A stretch of 64,000 nucleotides of DNA. It comes from Antedon mediterranea (taxonomy: Eukaryota > Animalia > Echinodermata). Both the position numbers and the translations under genes were made by a program. Below the pieces are notes generated by a model. That model was given only the letters and a program-made list of their open reading frames with translations. It had not been told where the DNA came from and did not search any database. The stretch lies in NCBI RefSeq assembly GCF_964355755.1, contig NC_092672.1:34664437-34728436 (forward strand). Direction: 5' to 3'. This document shows positions 30,601 through 42,629 of the stretch, piece by piece (position 1 is the stretch's first letter; the number at the start of each line of letters is the position of its first letter).

Positions 30601-33600
30601 GGATCCATCACTGAACATCTATTGTTTGAGAATTAATTATTATTATTATTTATTCATATGGTGACAAACTGTAATACTTTGCTCAATTATAACATTTTTA
30701 AGGACTTATCATTAAGTAATATATAATGCGCATCAGTATTGATAAAAATTAACATCACACATTGAGAATATCTAAAAACGGCAAACTTACCATTAGCAAA
30801 TACAACAAGTCCATTTAATGCGATTTACAATTTAGAATGTACATATCAAAATGGCCAGGATATGTCACTTAATAGCGAAATGGATTAGTTGAGATCTTAG
30901 AGAAATTGTTAATATCCGGAAGTCTTAAAATTTAATAAAGGAAATTTAGACTAATTTTAAATATGAGATGTTTATTTTGGAATATGATTTAGTACTTGTT
31001 TTAATGTATGTTATTATCTTATTGATGCGCCACCATTCTACCCAGTAGCTAAATCATTCGGCACACATATGTTTCTGAGAGTGAGCAGAATGACTGTTTG
31101 ACTTGATAGCCATTTTTTTCCCCAAAAATTTCCTTGAGCCCCTGATACCCACAACATTGTATTTGGTTTCAGTAATTTGCCTTTGAATTTAAACAGTTTA
31201 ATATAGTATTAGTAATCAATAAAAAATCTTCTTTAACTCCCTGCTGAATTGATTTGTTTAAAATATTTGTTACATTTTTATTCATAAATTTTTGAAATAC
31301 TATAGTGCTGTTATACAGTACTGGTCAGAGGACATTCGACTAGACTTGTATGTTTTGATCGTGTATTGAGCGAGTGTCGTTCGAAAAATTTACGAGCAAT
31401 TTCCGATCGTCGATATCCTCGAGTGATGCATTAGGTCAAACATCACGCATGAACGGATTTTACAAAGTCAATACAAGAGAATTCATTTCATTATGTACAT
31501 AAACAAGTAATTTAGCAGTATACTTGCAAATTCAATTGAAATTGAAAATATATATTTATACTGGGTAACCTCTTGAGTCAATGACTGGTTTCCCAGAGGG
31601 CCCAGTTGGTGATCAGTGGCTGTGATGTACTAATACACCGGGGTAACCCCCTACTCGTCTCGAAAGATGTACTAGGTTCTTTAAAGTGCACACGAGCTAG
31701 ATGTGTACACTGGACCTACGGTTTATAGTCCATATCCGACAAGACTCGTTCTACCACCAGAACCATGGAGTGAGTCAGCCTCGAACCCCTGCCGATGTAA
31801 TATGGCTAGTTATCATTAAAAAAAAAAGAGAAATCATAAAAAAATAAATTTAAAAAAAAGTGTTGGTAGAATTAAAAAATAAAAGCATTTAAATCCAGAG
31901 AAATCATAAACTATTAGTGATCACTGCTTTGAGTATTCACTTAAATAAACACATTACGTCAAGAAAAGCCAAAAAAAAAAAAAGGAATCCTAATAAATAA
32001 ATTTTAAAAAAAGTGTTGGTAGAATTAAAAAATAAAAGCATTTAAATCCAGAGAAATCATAAACTATTAGTGATCATGGTTTGAGTATTCACTTAAATAA
32101 ACACATTGCGTCAAGAAGCAAAGAAAAGAACATAAAAAAAAAAGAAGATTATCTCTAAGAAGTTTAGTAGTTAGCGGCTAATAGCGAGAGGAATCAAAAC
32201 AAAGTCTATTTTACTTTTATGACCAAATCAAAATATTTGATTACCACGGAAGTGTTCTTTAGATGTCTTATAAAATCCCTTTTAAATCCTCGCGGAAATG
32301 GTCGTACATCTAACGAGCACTTGCAAATCACGGTTGCTATAAAATCCAAGATGCTCTCGTATTGCGGGGTCAATGACTCTAGTTTGTTGAACTGAGATGC
32401 TTTGATTTAACAAGGATACTTATGGGACTTTATGAATTTATTTTTTTTGTATTATTATATAGGACTGGTTGACTTTGGAAACAGGTGACAATTGCTATGG
32501 TAACTGACGGAATTGGTGAAGATGATATAATTTATGACAAAGCTGATAATAATAATGACAATAATAATGATGATTATTTATTGTTATTAGGCTTTATATA
32601 GAGCCACACCAAGAATAGAGCGCCTAACAATACTTACACTTACTTAAAGGGGGGTTCCGGGTTTAAAATGAATAGTACAAAATGTAAAATATATTTGTCT
32701 GTCTCTTGAACGGTAAAAGTTTCAATTTATATAAGCGCCCAGTGAAGCAGAACGAAGGCTGTGAAAGGAGGCCAGATTACAAGTGCAGCTACGGCGATAT
32801 GACACTGTGTTACAGAATAGGAAATTCGTGAAATGGTCAATCTTCCGACGACTCGTTATCATTAACCATATCAATCACTTTTGTAAAATTATACTTATCT
32901 GATGTAATTTTAGTCGGTCTTCCCATTTATAAAGTCAATGTTCTATGAAAATTCATCAAAACAGTGAAAAATTAGATATGTTTGCACTTTACGTTTGCCG
33001 ATTTTCGCACTGACTTAGGGAAAGCCTTCAAAATCAATGAAGCGTAACGTATACATTCCTGCTGAGAGCGCGAGGAGAGCGAGACGACGATACACGTGCT
33101 CTATCTACCCATGCCTGGCATCGTCACGTGATAAGCAGATACAGTATACAATACCAAACTGGTCGGGTCGAGTATACCCCGTCTATATCACAACATGAAC
33201 GATATACAGTATTTGATTGAAGGTCGACTCAACCTACCGGAATGGTATAGATAATATAGCTCGAATGAGAGAGTTGGAATATTTGTAAACATAAGTATTG
33301 CTAATTTTAAGAAGTGTAGCCTAGTAAAAGGCCTGGTAGTATCAATTCGCATAGGGTCTACTACACTAGCTAGCTCAATTTTTAACTGGGCCGGATCGGC
33401 TAGGTCTCCTTCCTACTACTGGTCTACTTGCTTGATGCAGTAGTATCCGCTTTTTTGGAGAGTAAACTAGGCCTATTTTAGGCCTACTTAGACGATCGGG
33501 ACATCATACGTGCGGACGGCGAACGGCGATATTTACAGCCGATTTTGTAGAATGTTTTAGGTTTAGATTGTTTAGGAGTTTGGTTGATAGGATGGGTTTA

Positions 33601-36600
33601 GAATCCACTGAGTTTTGTTATTTATGGGCCAATCGTTTAGTAGTGGGCCAGCTAGGCCCATGATGGGCCCCAATGTTTTAGCGTTTTAATCTCTAGTCAG
33701 AATGGCTCTCACCCATGAAAAAAAATGATTTAGGCTAGGCCTAGCCTAGTACGTGAAGCCGATAGTACGATCTGTACTATTCGAGGTATAAAAATAGTAT
33801 ATAATTTATGACTCCGTAATCTGTACTAAATTTTGTATTTTATTAAATGTCAAATAAATATATGCTACTACTGTTATTATTACACTTTAGGCCTAGCTTA
33901 GAAAACCTACAAATAATGTATTTCACAATGATCGGGTGGTCGTCGTTTGACAGGGGAGATTGAAAAACACAACGTACATGACGTCGCGAGTTTGGAATCC
34001 ACTGATGACGTGATTTTGTGAATATCTCATGAATATTAATGAGCTTCCCTAAGCTGCTGAAAAACAGACTTTCCATGAATTTACCCTAAAATGTATATGA
34101 AATTTTATTTTTTTATTTCTCGTTATTATTTCTTCATTCTGACATGTCTATATTTTTATAATATTTTTTATTTAATAAATAAACGATATTTAAAAGCAAT
34201 TTTAAACCCAGAATCCCCCTTTAAAAGTCTTAAGATAATAATAACAATAATGTAGTAGTCTTATATAGCGCCTAATACAATGTTTTTACACACAAAAATG
34301 ATCCAAAAAAAAAGAAGAAAAGAAAAGCAAAGGAACCATTTACACCACCGCATTCTCCAGCACTTTGAAGCTCCTATATGAGAGCTCGCCGGAATATTAT
34401 TCACAGGAGCTGGAGTGAAATACATGTCCATATCCTATCCTATAACATATGATAACGAATGATGGAACATATTTGTTTTATAACACAGTGTATCCTTCTT
34501 ATCTTAAAATGATAGAGACTATCACAGTATAACTCTTTTAATTTCCGGATTTCGGATCCAAAATAGTTTTCCCTAAATAGGGGTAGTTCACCGTAGAGTA
34601 TATATAATATATATTTTGCACCCTTTAAAATTATCCTTTTAATATGGTTATTCCCAGAATAAGAATATAAAAATAACTCACTTCCTGGTAAATCCACGAA
34701 GTAGTGGATGTATAAATGATCGTAATCAAAATCACAAGCAGAGACAATCTGACCAATTACAAAGAGACGAAGAACATCATGTGTCACCTACGAAACAAAA
34801 ACAGTTTTATAGTGAAAATATAAAAAGTCAAGAATAATGTTGCTAAGTAAATATGATTATAAACATACTGTATTGGTCTTAGAAAAATGTGCTCTTTTTT
34901 TAATCAAAACAAAACGGCTGAAAACCAGAATGTTTTTATGGTCAAAAGGTATCAAATTCTTGTATACATTCCAAAAATGTAGACTGTAAAATAAGTTGGC
35001 ATATTCAGCATTCACATTTAGGCTAAAGGAAAAAACTATTAGAATTCTGTAAGTATATACCACTTGAGGGAAATATATAAATATTTAATTGATTGAAATA
35101 GTATATAAAATATCTCACTTAAGTGTGTAAATAATATTTTTGGGCCCCCGGTTTCGGACCAGCCCTGTTTTGAACAAATTAGCTAAGTCTAAGTTCCTAC
35201 TTGTTCAAAATCACTGCCAACTTGTGAACTAATGATTTCAGCATGGCGGACGTACAGCTCCCGAATCATGCGTCGTTCACGGTCCTGCTCTACGTGGTTC
35301 ATGGTCTTTGAGACGAGTTGAATACTATATTCAAATGTGTCGCGCTTCGCCGAGTCGGTGGTGATAGAGTAGGGAGGTCGACTACGATTGAAGTCAGGGT
35401 TTATGCTAATTACACCATTGGTATCAACCTAAACAAAAAGAAATAAGTTACAAATATCAACTATAATCTATTCTACAATTTTTTTTGTAAAATGTGCTTA
35501 TTCTGTGATAATTGGTTTTGATATTTGATATCATTTTACATTTAACTTTAATTTAAAGTAATTGCATGTTCATTTTACAATTAAGTGTCGATTAAAAGTT
35601 TAAGAAAAGGTTTTTAATTTGAGACATTTACATCATTTTTGCAAACAGCATTAATGACTTCAGAAACTTCTTGTGAAAAGTCATTTTGAAAACCATTTTA
35701 TAATGTCCAACACAACATATATATAATCCAAAGATATTTAGAATCATTTTATCTAGTCCACAGTATTAAGCTCTGTCTACACTATCAAACTTTATTTGAC
35801 AAAAAAATGTGATGTGCCATATATGGACACGATGATGCCATATCACTACCATATTTGAGCACATCACACTTTTTTCGCGAAACTAGTTTGATAGTGTAGA
35901 CAGAACTTTAAGAAAATAGAAAAAATATATTCAAATGGTACGGTCTAAAAACTTTTAATAATTACAAAGCTTAACTAAAAAAAAATTGTTGTTTTTGTTT
36001 GTTTTTTTTATTCTTTATATTATTTTGAAACCGTGGCCAACATAAAACTAGAGTAAGTAATCCCATGGCATTTAGAAATATCTCTTACGGTTTTATAGAA
36101 TTGAGATAAATAGAAAGAAAATATATAATAGTTACGGTCTATAATTATGAAGCTCTAAATCGCAACAAAAATTGAAGTTGTTGAAAGTCGTGAAATGAAA
36201 TAAGATTAAGAAAAAACAAATTAAAGAAAAATTCAACGCTTTTATTTGATGAAATGGAATGCTTATTCCATCCAAGTCAAAGTAGAACTTAGTTATAAAA
36301 TATCAAGATCAGTTTTGATCTTAGACAGATAAAACAAAATGGATGTAATCTAAGTATATGATCCACAGTTGATTTTACCGACAGTTACTTTTACTGCTAT
36401 TTTTTTTAGACTGAAACTTGATTGAGTAGTAAAGCGCTGTCTACACTATAAAACTAGTTTGACAAATATGTTAGTGATATGCCCAAATGTGGTAGTGATA
36501 TATGACATCACTTATTCAACTGCAAGACTTTTTTAACTGTAAGTCTTTTTCAACTGCAAGACTTATTCAACTGCAAGAATTTTTTTTATACTAAAAATTG

Positions 36601-39600
36601 GCATTCTTTTTTACTGTTTTACATTTTTACTTGGTGTGAAGCTTATGTTCTCTCTATCTTAAATTCCAATCTTCATTTCCAAATTCAAAGTGTACATACC
36701 TTTATTGTGCACAGCACATATTCATCACTAGAACATGGTTCACTATGACAAAAAAAATATATATATCAAGTTAAATATTGAAATTATTTCATGTATAAAG
36801 CTGTCTACACTATCAAAATTTATGCGACAAAAAATGTGTTGTGCCCATATATGGACATGACTACCATATTTGGGCATATCAGCACCATATTTGGGCACAT
36901 TTTCTTTGTCAAACTAGTTTGATAGTGTAGAGCTTTATAGTATATTATTGAGGTAAACAATAAATACACTGTCTTTAAAGCTCAGATACAGGCATGCATT
37001 TTAAATTTAATATCTGGTTAATTGTACATAAATCAAATATTTGTAACAGAAATCAAGACGAAAAAAACATGAATTTCCCTTAATATGGTCAAATACGAAA
37101 TTTGGTAAAATTCTGCCATAAAAACCAGGAAGACTTTTTTTTCAGTAGTTAGGTAGTTTAACCTAATGTAATAACATGTCTGGTGACTCCCTAGAAGGTG
37201 AAAAAAGATGGTGGATAATTTTTGCTATAGCATGACAATAAAAATCTGAAGTTTAATCAAAATATCAGAAATGTAATATTCAAGTTATATTACCTATATT
37301 TAGTCATCTGATATCATTTTTTACCACACCGTTTATTTTTCATAGCTTTTTAAAATGCCTCTCTATTTACAAATTTGTGTACAAAAGAATAGAGATTTTA
37401 CTGTGTAATTTGAACTATCCCCCCACCGATAAGAAAGTGCTTATTTTCAAACAGCTCGTGTAACACAAATAAATTCCCAAAAATGATGAAACATAGGGGA
37501 AACTATAGATCGATTATTATTGGAATGTATGATCAATAGACATTTTTTGCCCGCACCTGGCCTTTAAGGAAAAGAATTGTTTTTAGACTGAAATATGACC
37601 ATTTATGACTATTTTAACACCTCATTATTATTGAGAAAATACAATAAACATTTGTCTAGTTTTAATGTTTTATTTTTTCCGTTTAGAGAGAATAATTTGA
37701 GGTTTTAAATTTATTTGCTAATAATAATTTATCAGAAAGGTTGACTTGTACACAAAATAATTGTCTTTATCATAATTTAAAAGCTAATTACAATTATAGA
37801 GGGCGCCATTATGATGTTTGTGTCTATCAAGCAGCACATTTTAAATAAGAATTTGAATGATACCATGAAAAGACAGTCATGTTTAAGCATTAATACAAGA
37901 TGTCTTTATTATTTGAATGGTCTACTCTGTATACAATCATATCCTCTCAAACTATTTGGACAACTTACTCTTCCTCTGCATTGAGGGTTGCCATTATAAT
38001 CATGGTCTGTGCTGGAGTGTTAATTACATGGGAACTTTTCTTGTGTTCCTCCGACGGTTTTTCAACAATTATATTTGTTCTTGTTGGTCCACGATCACTA
38101 CAAAATATATATAAATGTAATAGTTACAAATTAGCAAAGCAAAATACAGTCTCATCTTGAAGATGATTTTTTTTTTCCCATCTTGCCTTATGTTTTCCCA
38201 CAATGCTTGATTTTTTTTATTGTGTTTAGAAGGTTGCTTCTAAAGAGGCTGTCTACATTATCAAACTTTATGTGACAAAAAAATGTAATGTGCCCATAAT
38301 ATGGACATGATATCATATTATTACCATATTTGGGCACATCAGTCTTTTTTGTCAAACTAGTTTGATAGTGTAGACAGAGCTTAAGTTTAATATATTTCTT
38401 TACAAAGGATTTCACAAGCTCACTTTTATTTATTCACTTGTATCACTGAACTTTAAAAAGGCATACCCATTTTCAGGGAGTCGACGAAGACGTCTTAATT
38501 TAACGTTTTTCATTTTTTCTACTAGGAATGAAGGAATCTCATTTGAATTTGTAGTGCTTGGTGCGACCTAGATAAATAAAAAAAAAAATATTTATCACAA
38601 CTTTCATTTATGAAAAATGATCAGTTTTTGGTCAAAGTGAATAACTATTATCTGACATAAAAATGGTATATTCAACAAAAATGTGAAAAAAAAAACAATT
38701 TTTAGGGGACATTATATCTTTAACTAATCTTTTAAAAAACTTATATTATTGTACCTCATTTTGAAATGAAAATGCATCATGATCGACAAAACTAAATAAC
38801 CTTCTCTTTTGTCGACGATTGTTCTTTTCGAATTCAGCCAGCTGAACGCGATACTCTTCTTCTTGTTGTGGTGTTGATCTGCTTTCAGTATAGTAAACCA
38901 TCTCGTTATGACTGAACACTTTATCCTGCCATTTAAAGGTGTATTCTTCCGTCTCATCTTTGTGTATTTCACCTGTAATGAATATTGGTTTATGACATGT
39001 CACTCTAAAAATAGAAAGTCTACAAACAACAATAATACGAATGAAGCTATTGTCACGGTTAACCGAGCATACAATCTTTTTTTTCTGATGACTACTAAGC
39101 ATTTAAAATAATATATTGTGCACTATACGACCACTGGGAGGGGTGCATCATATAGTAGGTGCGTCATTTACAAATAATTATTCATACTGAGGTGCGACAA
39201 AAAAACCTAGATGGTACATCACATTTATTAATGAGCAATGGTGTGTCAATGTCCATCACTTTACCAGACACAATATCATAAACAACATGGCCACAGTGCG
39301 TGAAAATGGGTGTCATGTCGCCTAAAGGTAAGTCATATTTTTTATGCAGGGGTGCGTCATTGTATTCATCATTCAATATTACCCCCCGCAGCGGCAGACT
39401 GTTTCTTTTTGCTCTTCTTAGTAGGTTTCATTTCCATCCCTAGCTCATCCTGTTGATCATTAGCTGATGGTACAAGACCAGCACCAGTAACTCTTTTTAA
39501 TTTAACTCTGAAACAAACAAAGGATTACATTTTTAGCCTAGGCTATTATAAATAATAAAAAGTATTGATTATGAAAAATTGATTTTCTTAGTCAAAGCAA

Positions 39601-39875
39601 AAATTCTTATATTTTTCATTTGGTATAATTATTTGGTGTTTTGTCATTTTTGCTTTACTTTTGCCCTTCTTGGCTCTAATTTTAAAAGCACATATGCGAT
39701 AAAAGCAGGTTTATCCCCGATAGTCATATCACCATCCTCGCATTCATTAACTAGCTTAGTTAGGCCTAGACAAATTGATGAATTATATTGAACCATACTT
39801 AATTTTTAGATTATTTATTGGATCATTTGAACGATAATACGCTGTTCCAAAGTCCGATTCAACTTCTTCAACCAT
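615..39875 (-). CDS. MKS1: Meckel syndrome type 1 protein (B9-C2 domain ciliary transition-zone protein), ~553 aa, 14 coding exons
   Basis: Exons in transcript order: 39875-39799, 39507-39383, 38972-38755, 38567-38467, 38097-37969, 36742-36700, 35428-35201, 34787-34682, 26358-26288, 20571-20388, 18526-18310, 4780-4721, 1080-1043, 679-615. All are GT-AG with consistent phases, total 1662 nt. Peptides resemble vertebrate MKS1 throughout: AYYRSNDPINNLKI, FKWQDKVFS, HVINTPAQTMIIMA, LCTIKVDTNGVISINPDF, QQISGVTQTC, EVLSLDSWKRYRTEGYGY, TWRP..LRRFFIGGS.ELED, LSRFGFET, FQKARKRMQAARQTL. Confidence 0.95.
5400..5880. repeat. Degenerate ~125-bp tandem repeat, about 4 copies
   Basis: CCTATTCCCA..TTGGTG..CTTAC and CACACTTAAA.TTAAGTTGTG recur. 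Confidence 0.7.
6706..6949. repeat. Near-perfect 122-bp tandem duplication
   Basis: ACTAGTTCAGATATTAATCACTTGC starts at 6706 and 6828. Confidence 0.9.
9832..13960. repeat. ~4-kb minisatellite (17-18-bp unit TTATTCAGGGGGAACTC / TCATTCAGGGGCACTC) inside a Tc1/mariner-like MITE, in MKS1 intron 11
   Basis: Roughly 200+ tandem units over 9841-13820, bounded by inverted termini TAGTAGAAC(C)TTATTCAGGGG (9832) and GGTGTCCCCTTAATGGAGGTTCTACTA (13960). Confidence 0.93.
15930..16175. repeat. ~130-bp tandem duplication
   Basis: ATAATTATGTTTTTAATGA.GGTCATTTACT.ACACCCAG...AAATTGACCCACTAAAT occurs twice. Confidence 0.8.
17060..17505. repeat. Degenerate ~100-110-bp tandem repeat, about 4 copies
   Basis: GGCCT.TATTTGGAGGCAGTTA..GTGAGAGTT and GGTGTTTAAATAG recur. 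Confidence 0.75.
18164..18301. mobile_element. Harbinger-type MITE family 1 copy
   Basis: Both TIRs and TTA flanks. Abuts the MKS1 exon 11 donor. Confidence 0.85.
21319..21650. mobile_element. Kolobok-like MITE (TIR AGATGTATTGTCCCC, TTAA TSD)
   Basis: Perfect TIR and TTAA flanks. Related copies at ~18716-18999, ~38600-38723 (partial) and ~61842-62160 (inverted). Confidence 0.85.
22585..23030. repeat. ~32-bp minisatellite CAGAAAACTATGATGTCATACAAAATGCAGCC, about 13 copies
   Basis: Visible tandem units, with more degenerate units upstream to ~22460. Confidence 0.9.
24175..24437. repeat. ~95-bp direct duplication
   Basis: ACAAACACTTTATTATCACAAAGCAATAGTGAG...TTATAATGGGAAAC occurs twice. Confidence 0.8.
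26624..26782. mobile_element. Harbinger-type MITE family 1 copy
   Basis: TIRs with TAA TSD. Confidence 0.85.
30217..30420. mobile_element. hAT-like MITE, intronic relative of the exonic copy
   Basis: CAGTGGCGTAACGGCTATGAGCGCTCACTGGCTAAACCCAGGGTCCC is identical to the revcomp of 55380-55426. Decayed right TIR TTATGTCACTG. Confidence 0.75.
31545..31810 (-). mobile_element. Second copy of the Deu-like SINE (5'-truncated)
   Basis: Reverse complement closely matches 52730-52980. Confidence 0.85.
31845..32116. repeat. ~120-bp direct duplication, period ~150
   Basis: GTGTTGGTAGAATTAAAAAATAAAAGCATTTAAATCCAGAG...ACACATT.CGTCAAGAA occurs twice. Confidence 0.85.
32648..34220. mobile_element. Non-autonomous Kolobok-like DNA transposon, 1573 bp
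   Basis: TTAA on both sides. TIRs AGGGGGGTTCCGGGTTTAAAAT vs (revcomp) AGGGGGATTCTGGGTTTAAAAT. No long ORF. Confidence 0.8.
35769..35907. mobile_element. PIF/Harbinger-type MITE family 1 (representative full copy; about 25 copies or fragments in the window)
   Basis: TIR AGCTCTGTCTACACTATCAAAC, TTA TSD. Other copies near 4973, 6619, 7451, 9440, 14473, 18164, 19645, 20629, 22013, 24784, 24946, 26624, 29277, 36433, 36799, 38247, 42221, 47119, 49543, 57113, 58370, 58686, 63600, 63678. Confidence 0.88.
36979..37563. mobile_element. Possible degenerate TTAA-flanked (Kolobok-like) element
   Basis: TTAA|AGCTCAGATACAGGCA ... TGCCCGCACCTGGCCT|TTAA, imperfect TIRs. Confidence 0.4.
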
Positions 39876-39929
39876 TTTGTACTTATAAAACTGTAAATTC
39901 AATAAAAATATAACATGTTTTAAAAAAAT

Positions 39930-40016
39930 CGGAAGGTTGCGGTAGAAACTGTAAACACTTGTTTTGGCAGGCCGCCCTCTTTAGTGTCACTTTTGTATTG
40001 CACCTAGGTGGCGCTA
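39930..40016. promoter_or_regulatory. Bidirectional MKS1/ZSWIM7 promoter core with ETS, RFX X-box-like, forkhead and CTCF-like motifs
   Basis: CGGAAG 39930-39935, GTTGCGGTAGAAAC 39936-39949, TGTAAACA 39950-39957, CACCTAGGTGGCGCTA 40001-40016. Lies between divergent ATGs 569 bp apart. Confidence 0.6.
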
Positions 40017-40443
40017 GACAGAACAAGATAAATAAAAATGTGGGAGTTTTAACTTTTGTTGGTCTTTACATAGTAAATTACTATTTAAGTTAATACATAT
40101 AAGTACTGTAAATTTCAGAGTATTTAAAACATTGAAATAAGAAATAAAATGATTTTGATTAGCCCTAATTAATAAACTAGCTAGGCCTAGCCTAGCAAGC
40201 TAATATGGATGGAGGCTAGCTCCTATAGTAGAAGACTACTCTACTCTAGTTAGGCCTAGTAGTACAGTCTATAAGTCGTAGAGCACAAATAGCCTAGCCT
40301 AGGCTAAATAAACTAAGGTAGGAACTAGGCCCTATCTACCCAGATTTCTACCACTAGACAGAGGCAGGGCTTAACAATAATAATAAGTATTCAATATTGA
40401 CTGTTTATTTTTCCTTCAGATTTACCACTACTCAAACAGAAAG

Positions 40444-42493
40444 ATGAGTTTGTTGGATGAGGTTCACATGCAATTAATTTTACAAGTTAAAACTGCATAT
40501 GAAAACCAGCAGTCACGTAAGAAAATGTCATCTATTAAGTATTATAATGAAGAAAATACATAATTCAGACTGGTTGTACTTGGTATGACTTGTCACTAAA
40601 ATAAAACCTCTGCTGTGGAATGGTAGAAATGCAAAATCTAGAAATGTGTTTATTAATTACTGTGTAATCATATTCTATTTCAATGGACAGTTTGTTTACT
40701 AACAAAATTACTGGAACAAGAGATATTAAACAAAAACATTTTTTTTTACAGTGAGTGATCATTTACTTTCTGCGTAAGTATTAAATTATACAATATTTAT
40801 TAATAATGATTAATTACTAACTTGATGCAATTATTATTATTTATAAAACAAAGACTTTGCTGATTTTGTTTTTTCATAATTGTTAATCTTCAATTTGTAA
40901 AGATCATTGACATAACATTTAACAATCATTTTTGTCTGATTTCAGTTTGAACTTTGTTCAACAGCGCCCTCTTTTGCAAGCGTTTGATCTAGTTGACAGA
41001 AAAAATGTAACTCGAGTCAGTTGCCCTGCTGGTCGAACAGTCTTTCAGGTAGATATTTTATTTGTGATGATTCAGAATCAAAGTTGTTTTAATGTTGTCA
41101 ATTTGTCCAAAATGATTGTCCAGCGACAAAAAAGTTTTAGATACTCATGTTTGTTAACAGAATCAAAGCTTGCACCTGGACATATAATCTTAGCTCATCG
41201 AAAAAATCGAAAGAGCTGCTGGTTCGACTGTGTAGGGAAAAATGCTCTCGCATACCAATGTTTTATTTACTATTATTTTCATAGGTTTGTGGGAGTTCTG
41301 GTAAACTGTACACCTGTTTCAGTTCTTCAACTTTCTGTTCATGCCCAGCTTATGTATTTTCAGGTAAGAATATTACAGGATTTAGTCAGAGATAACATAA
41401 AGTCTTATTTTGGTAGGATAGACAGATGCCTTTTTCACTCAAGCTCCTGTGAATAGTGTTCCGGCGAGCTCTCATATGAGAGCTTCAAAGTGCTGGAGAA
41501 CGGAGTGGTGTAAATGATTCCTCTGCTTTTTAAAAAAATGTTTGGTTATCTTAGGATATTTTATGGATCATTGTATTAGGTGCTATATAAGACTATGATT
41601 ATTATATTTATTCTAACATATAACTTTATTGGCCTCGTGTATTTTGAGTGATCTTAAAACTGCTAAATATGCAATTTCTCCCAATTGTTTTGGATATACC
41701 AAAAACACACTACTGATACTACATACATTGACCACTTGGGTTCTACTACTGATGCTATGGATTTAGTTAAATAGAGCCCTCTATGTTTCGGATGTATTTT
41801 GTAAGTAGTGGAGCTGTAGCTTGGTGGTTAAAGTGCTTGCCTTCTAATACCAGTGTTCAATCCTGACCTAGTGCCAGACTCTTTCAACTCCACTCCCTAG
41901 CATCAAATGAGACTTAGTTTATAAGCACGTTAATTATAGAATAGTTTATTCATCCTGTAATTGGCGAGTTTGTGCTCACTGTTGGATGCGTATGAAAAAA
42001 AAAAGTATAGCTGCCTCATTCAAATAGAATGGAAGCTTGTAAAATACCTTAATAAATTAATTTGAATTTATTTCTTTCAGTGTTAAAAAGAAAAGACGTC
42101 TCATTGGTAAGTACTTTTAAATATCTTAAATGATTTTATAAACATAAATGTTAATACATTTCTGCCAAATACAAGAATTGTTCTCACTATTTGCTTGATC
42201 ACGTTGCTTAGTAAACTTACTAAACTAGTTTGACAAAAAAGGTGTGATGTGCCCAAATATGCTAGTTATATGACATCATCATGTCCATATATGGGCACAT
42301 CACATTTTGTGGTCACATAAAGGTTGATAGTGTAGACAGAGCTTTACCAGATGTTGCACATTTTTATTTTAACACACAGTGTAAACATGTGTTGGCTGTT
42401 CAGTTAAGCTGCGCAATGGGTGTGTGCAAGGAACTGAATGTGTCGGACGAAGAAATGACTCAATTGTTGCTCTCAAACTTGTCAACAAGTTGA
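40444..42493 (+). CDS. ZSWIM7: Zinc finger SWIM domain-containing protein 7 (SWS1, Shu complex), ~138 aa, 6 coding exons
   Basis: Exons 40444-40516, 40752-40773, 40946-41048, 41285-41363, 42081-42106, 42380-42493. GT-AG, phases consistent, 417 nt. Peptide QAFDLVDRKNVTRVSCPAGRTVFQVCGSSGKLYTC..FCSCPAYVFSVLKRKDVSLCKHVLAV carries the SWIM CxC...CxH motif. Confidence 0.93.
41435..41612 (+). mobile_element. Retroposon 3'-end fragment; inverted homologue at ~34235-34417
   Basis: GCTCCTGTGAATA.T.TTCCGGCGAGCTCTCATA..GAGCTTCAAAGTGCTGGAGAA..GTGGTGTAAATG...G.GCTATATAAGACTA plus an (ATT)n tail is shared by both copies. Confidence 0.65.
41808..41900 (+). mobile_element. Degenerate tRNA-like SINE head
   Basis: TAGCTTGGTGGTTAA (A box-like) and GTTCAATCC (B box-like). 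No intact cloverleaf. Confidence 0.4.
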
Positions 42494-42629
42494 GAAACTG
42501 GGAATTTGTTTCTGAAACAATGTTTGTTAATTGTGGGATTACACGAACTTTTGCAATCAATGTTGATATACAGTATATGAAATAATGTATTTTTAACTAT
42601 GAAAATACTTTAGTATTTTTGAAAATGTA

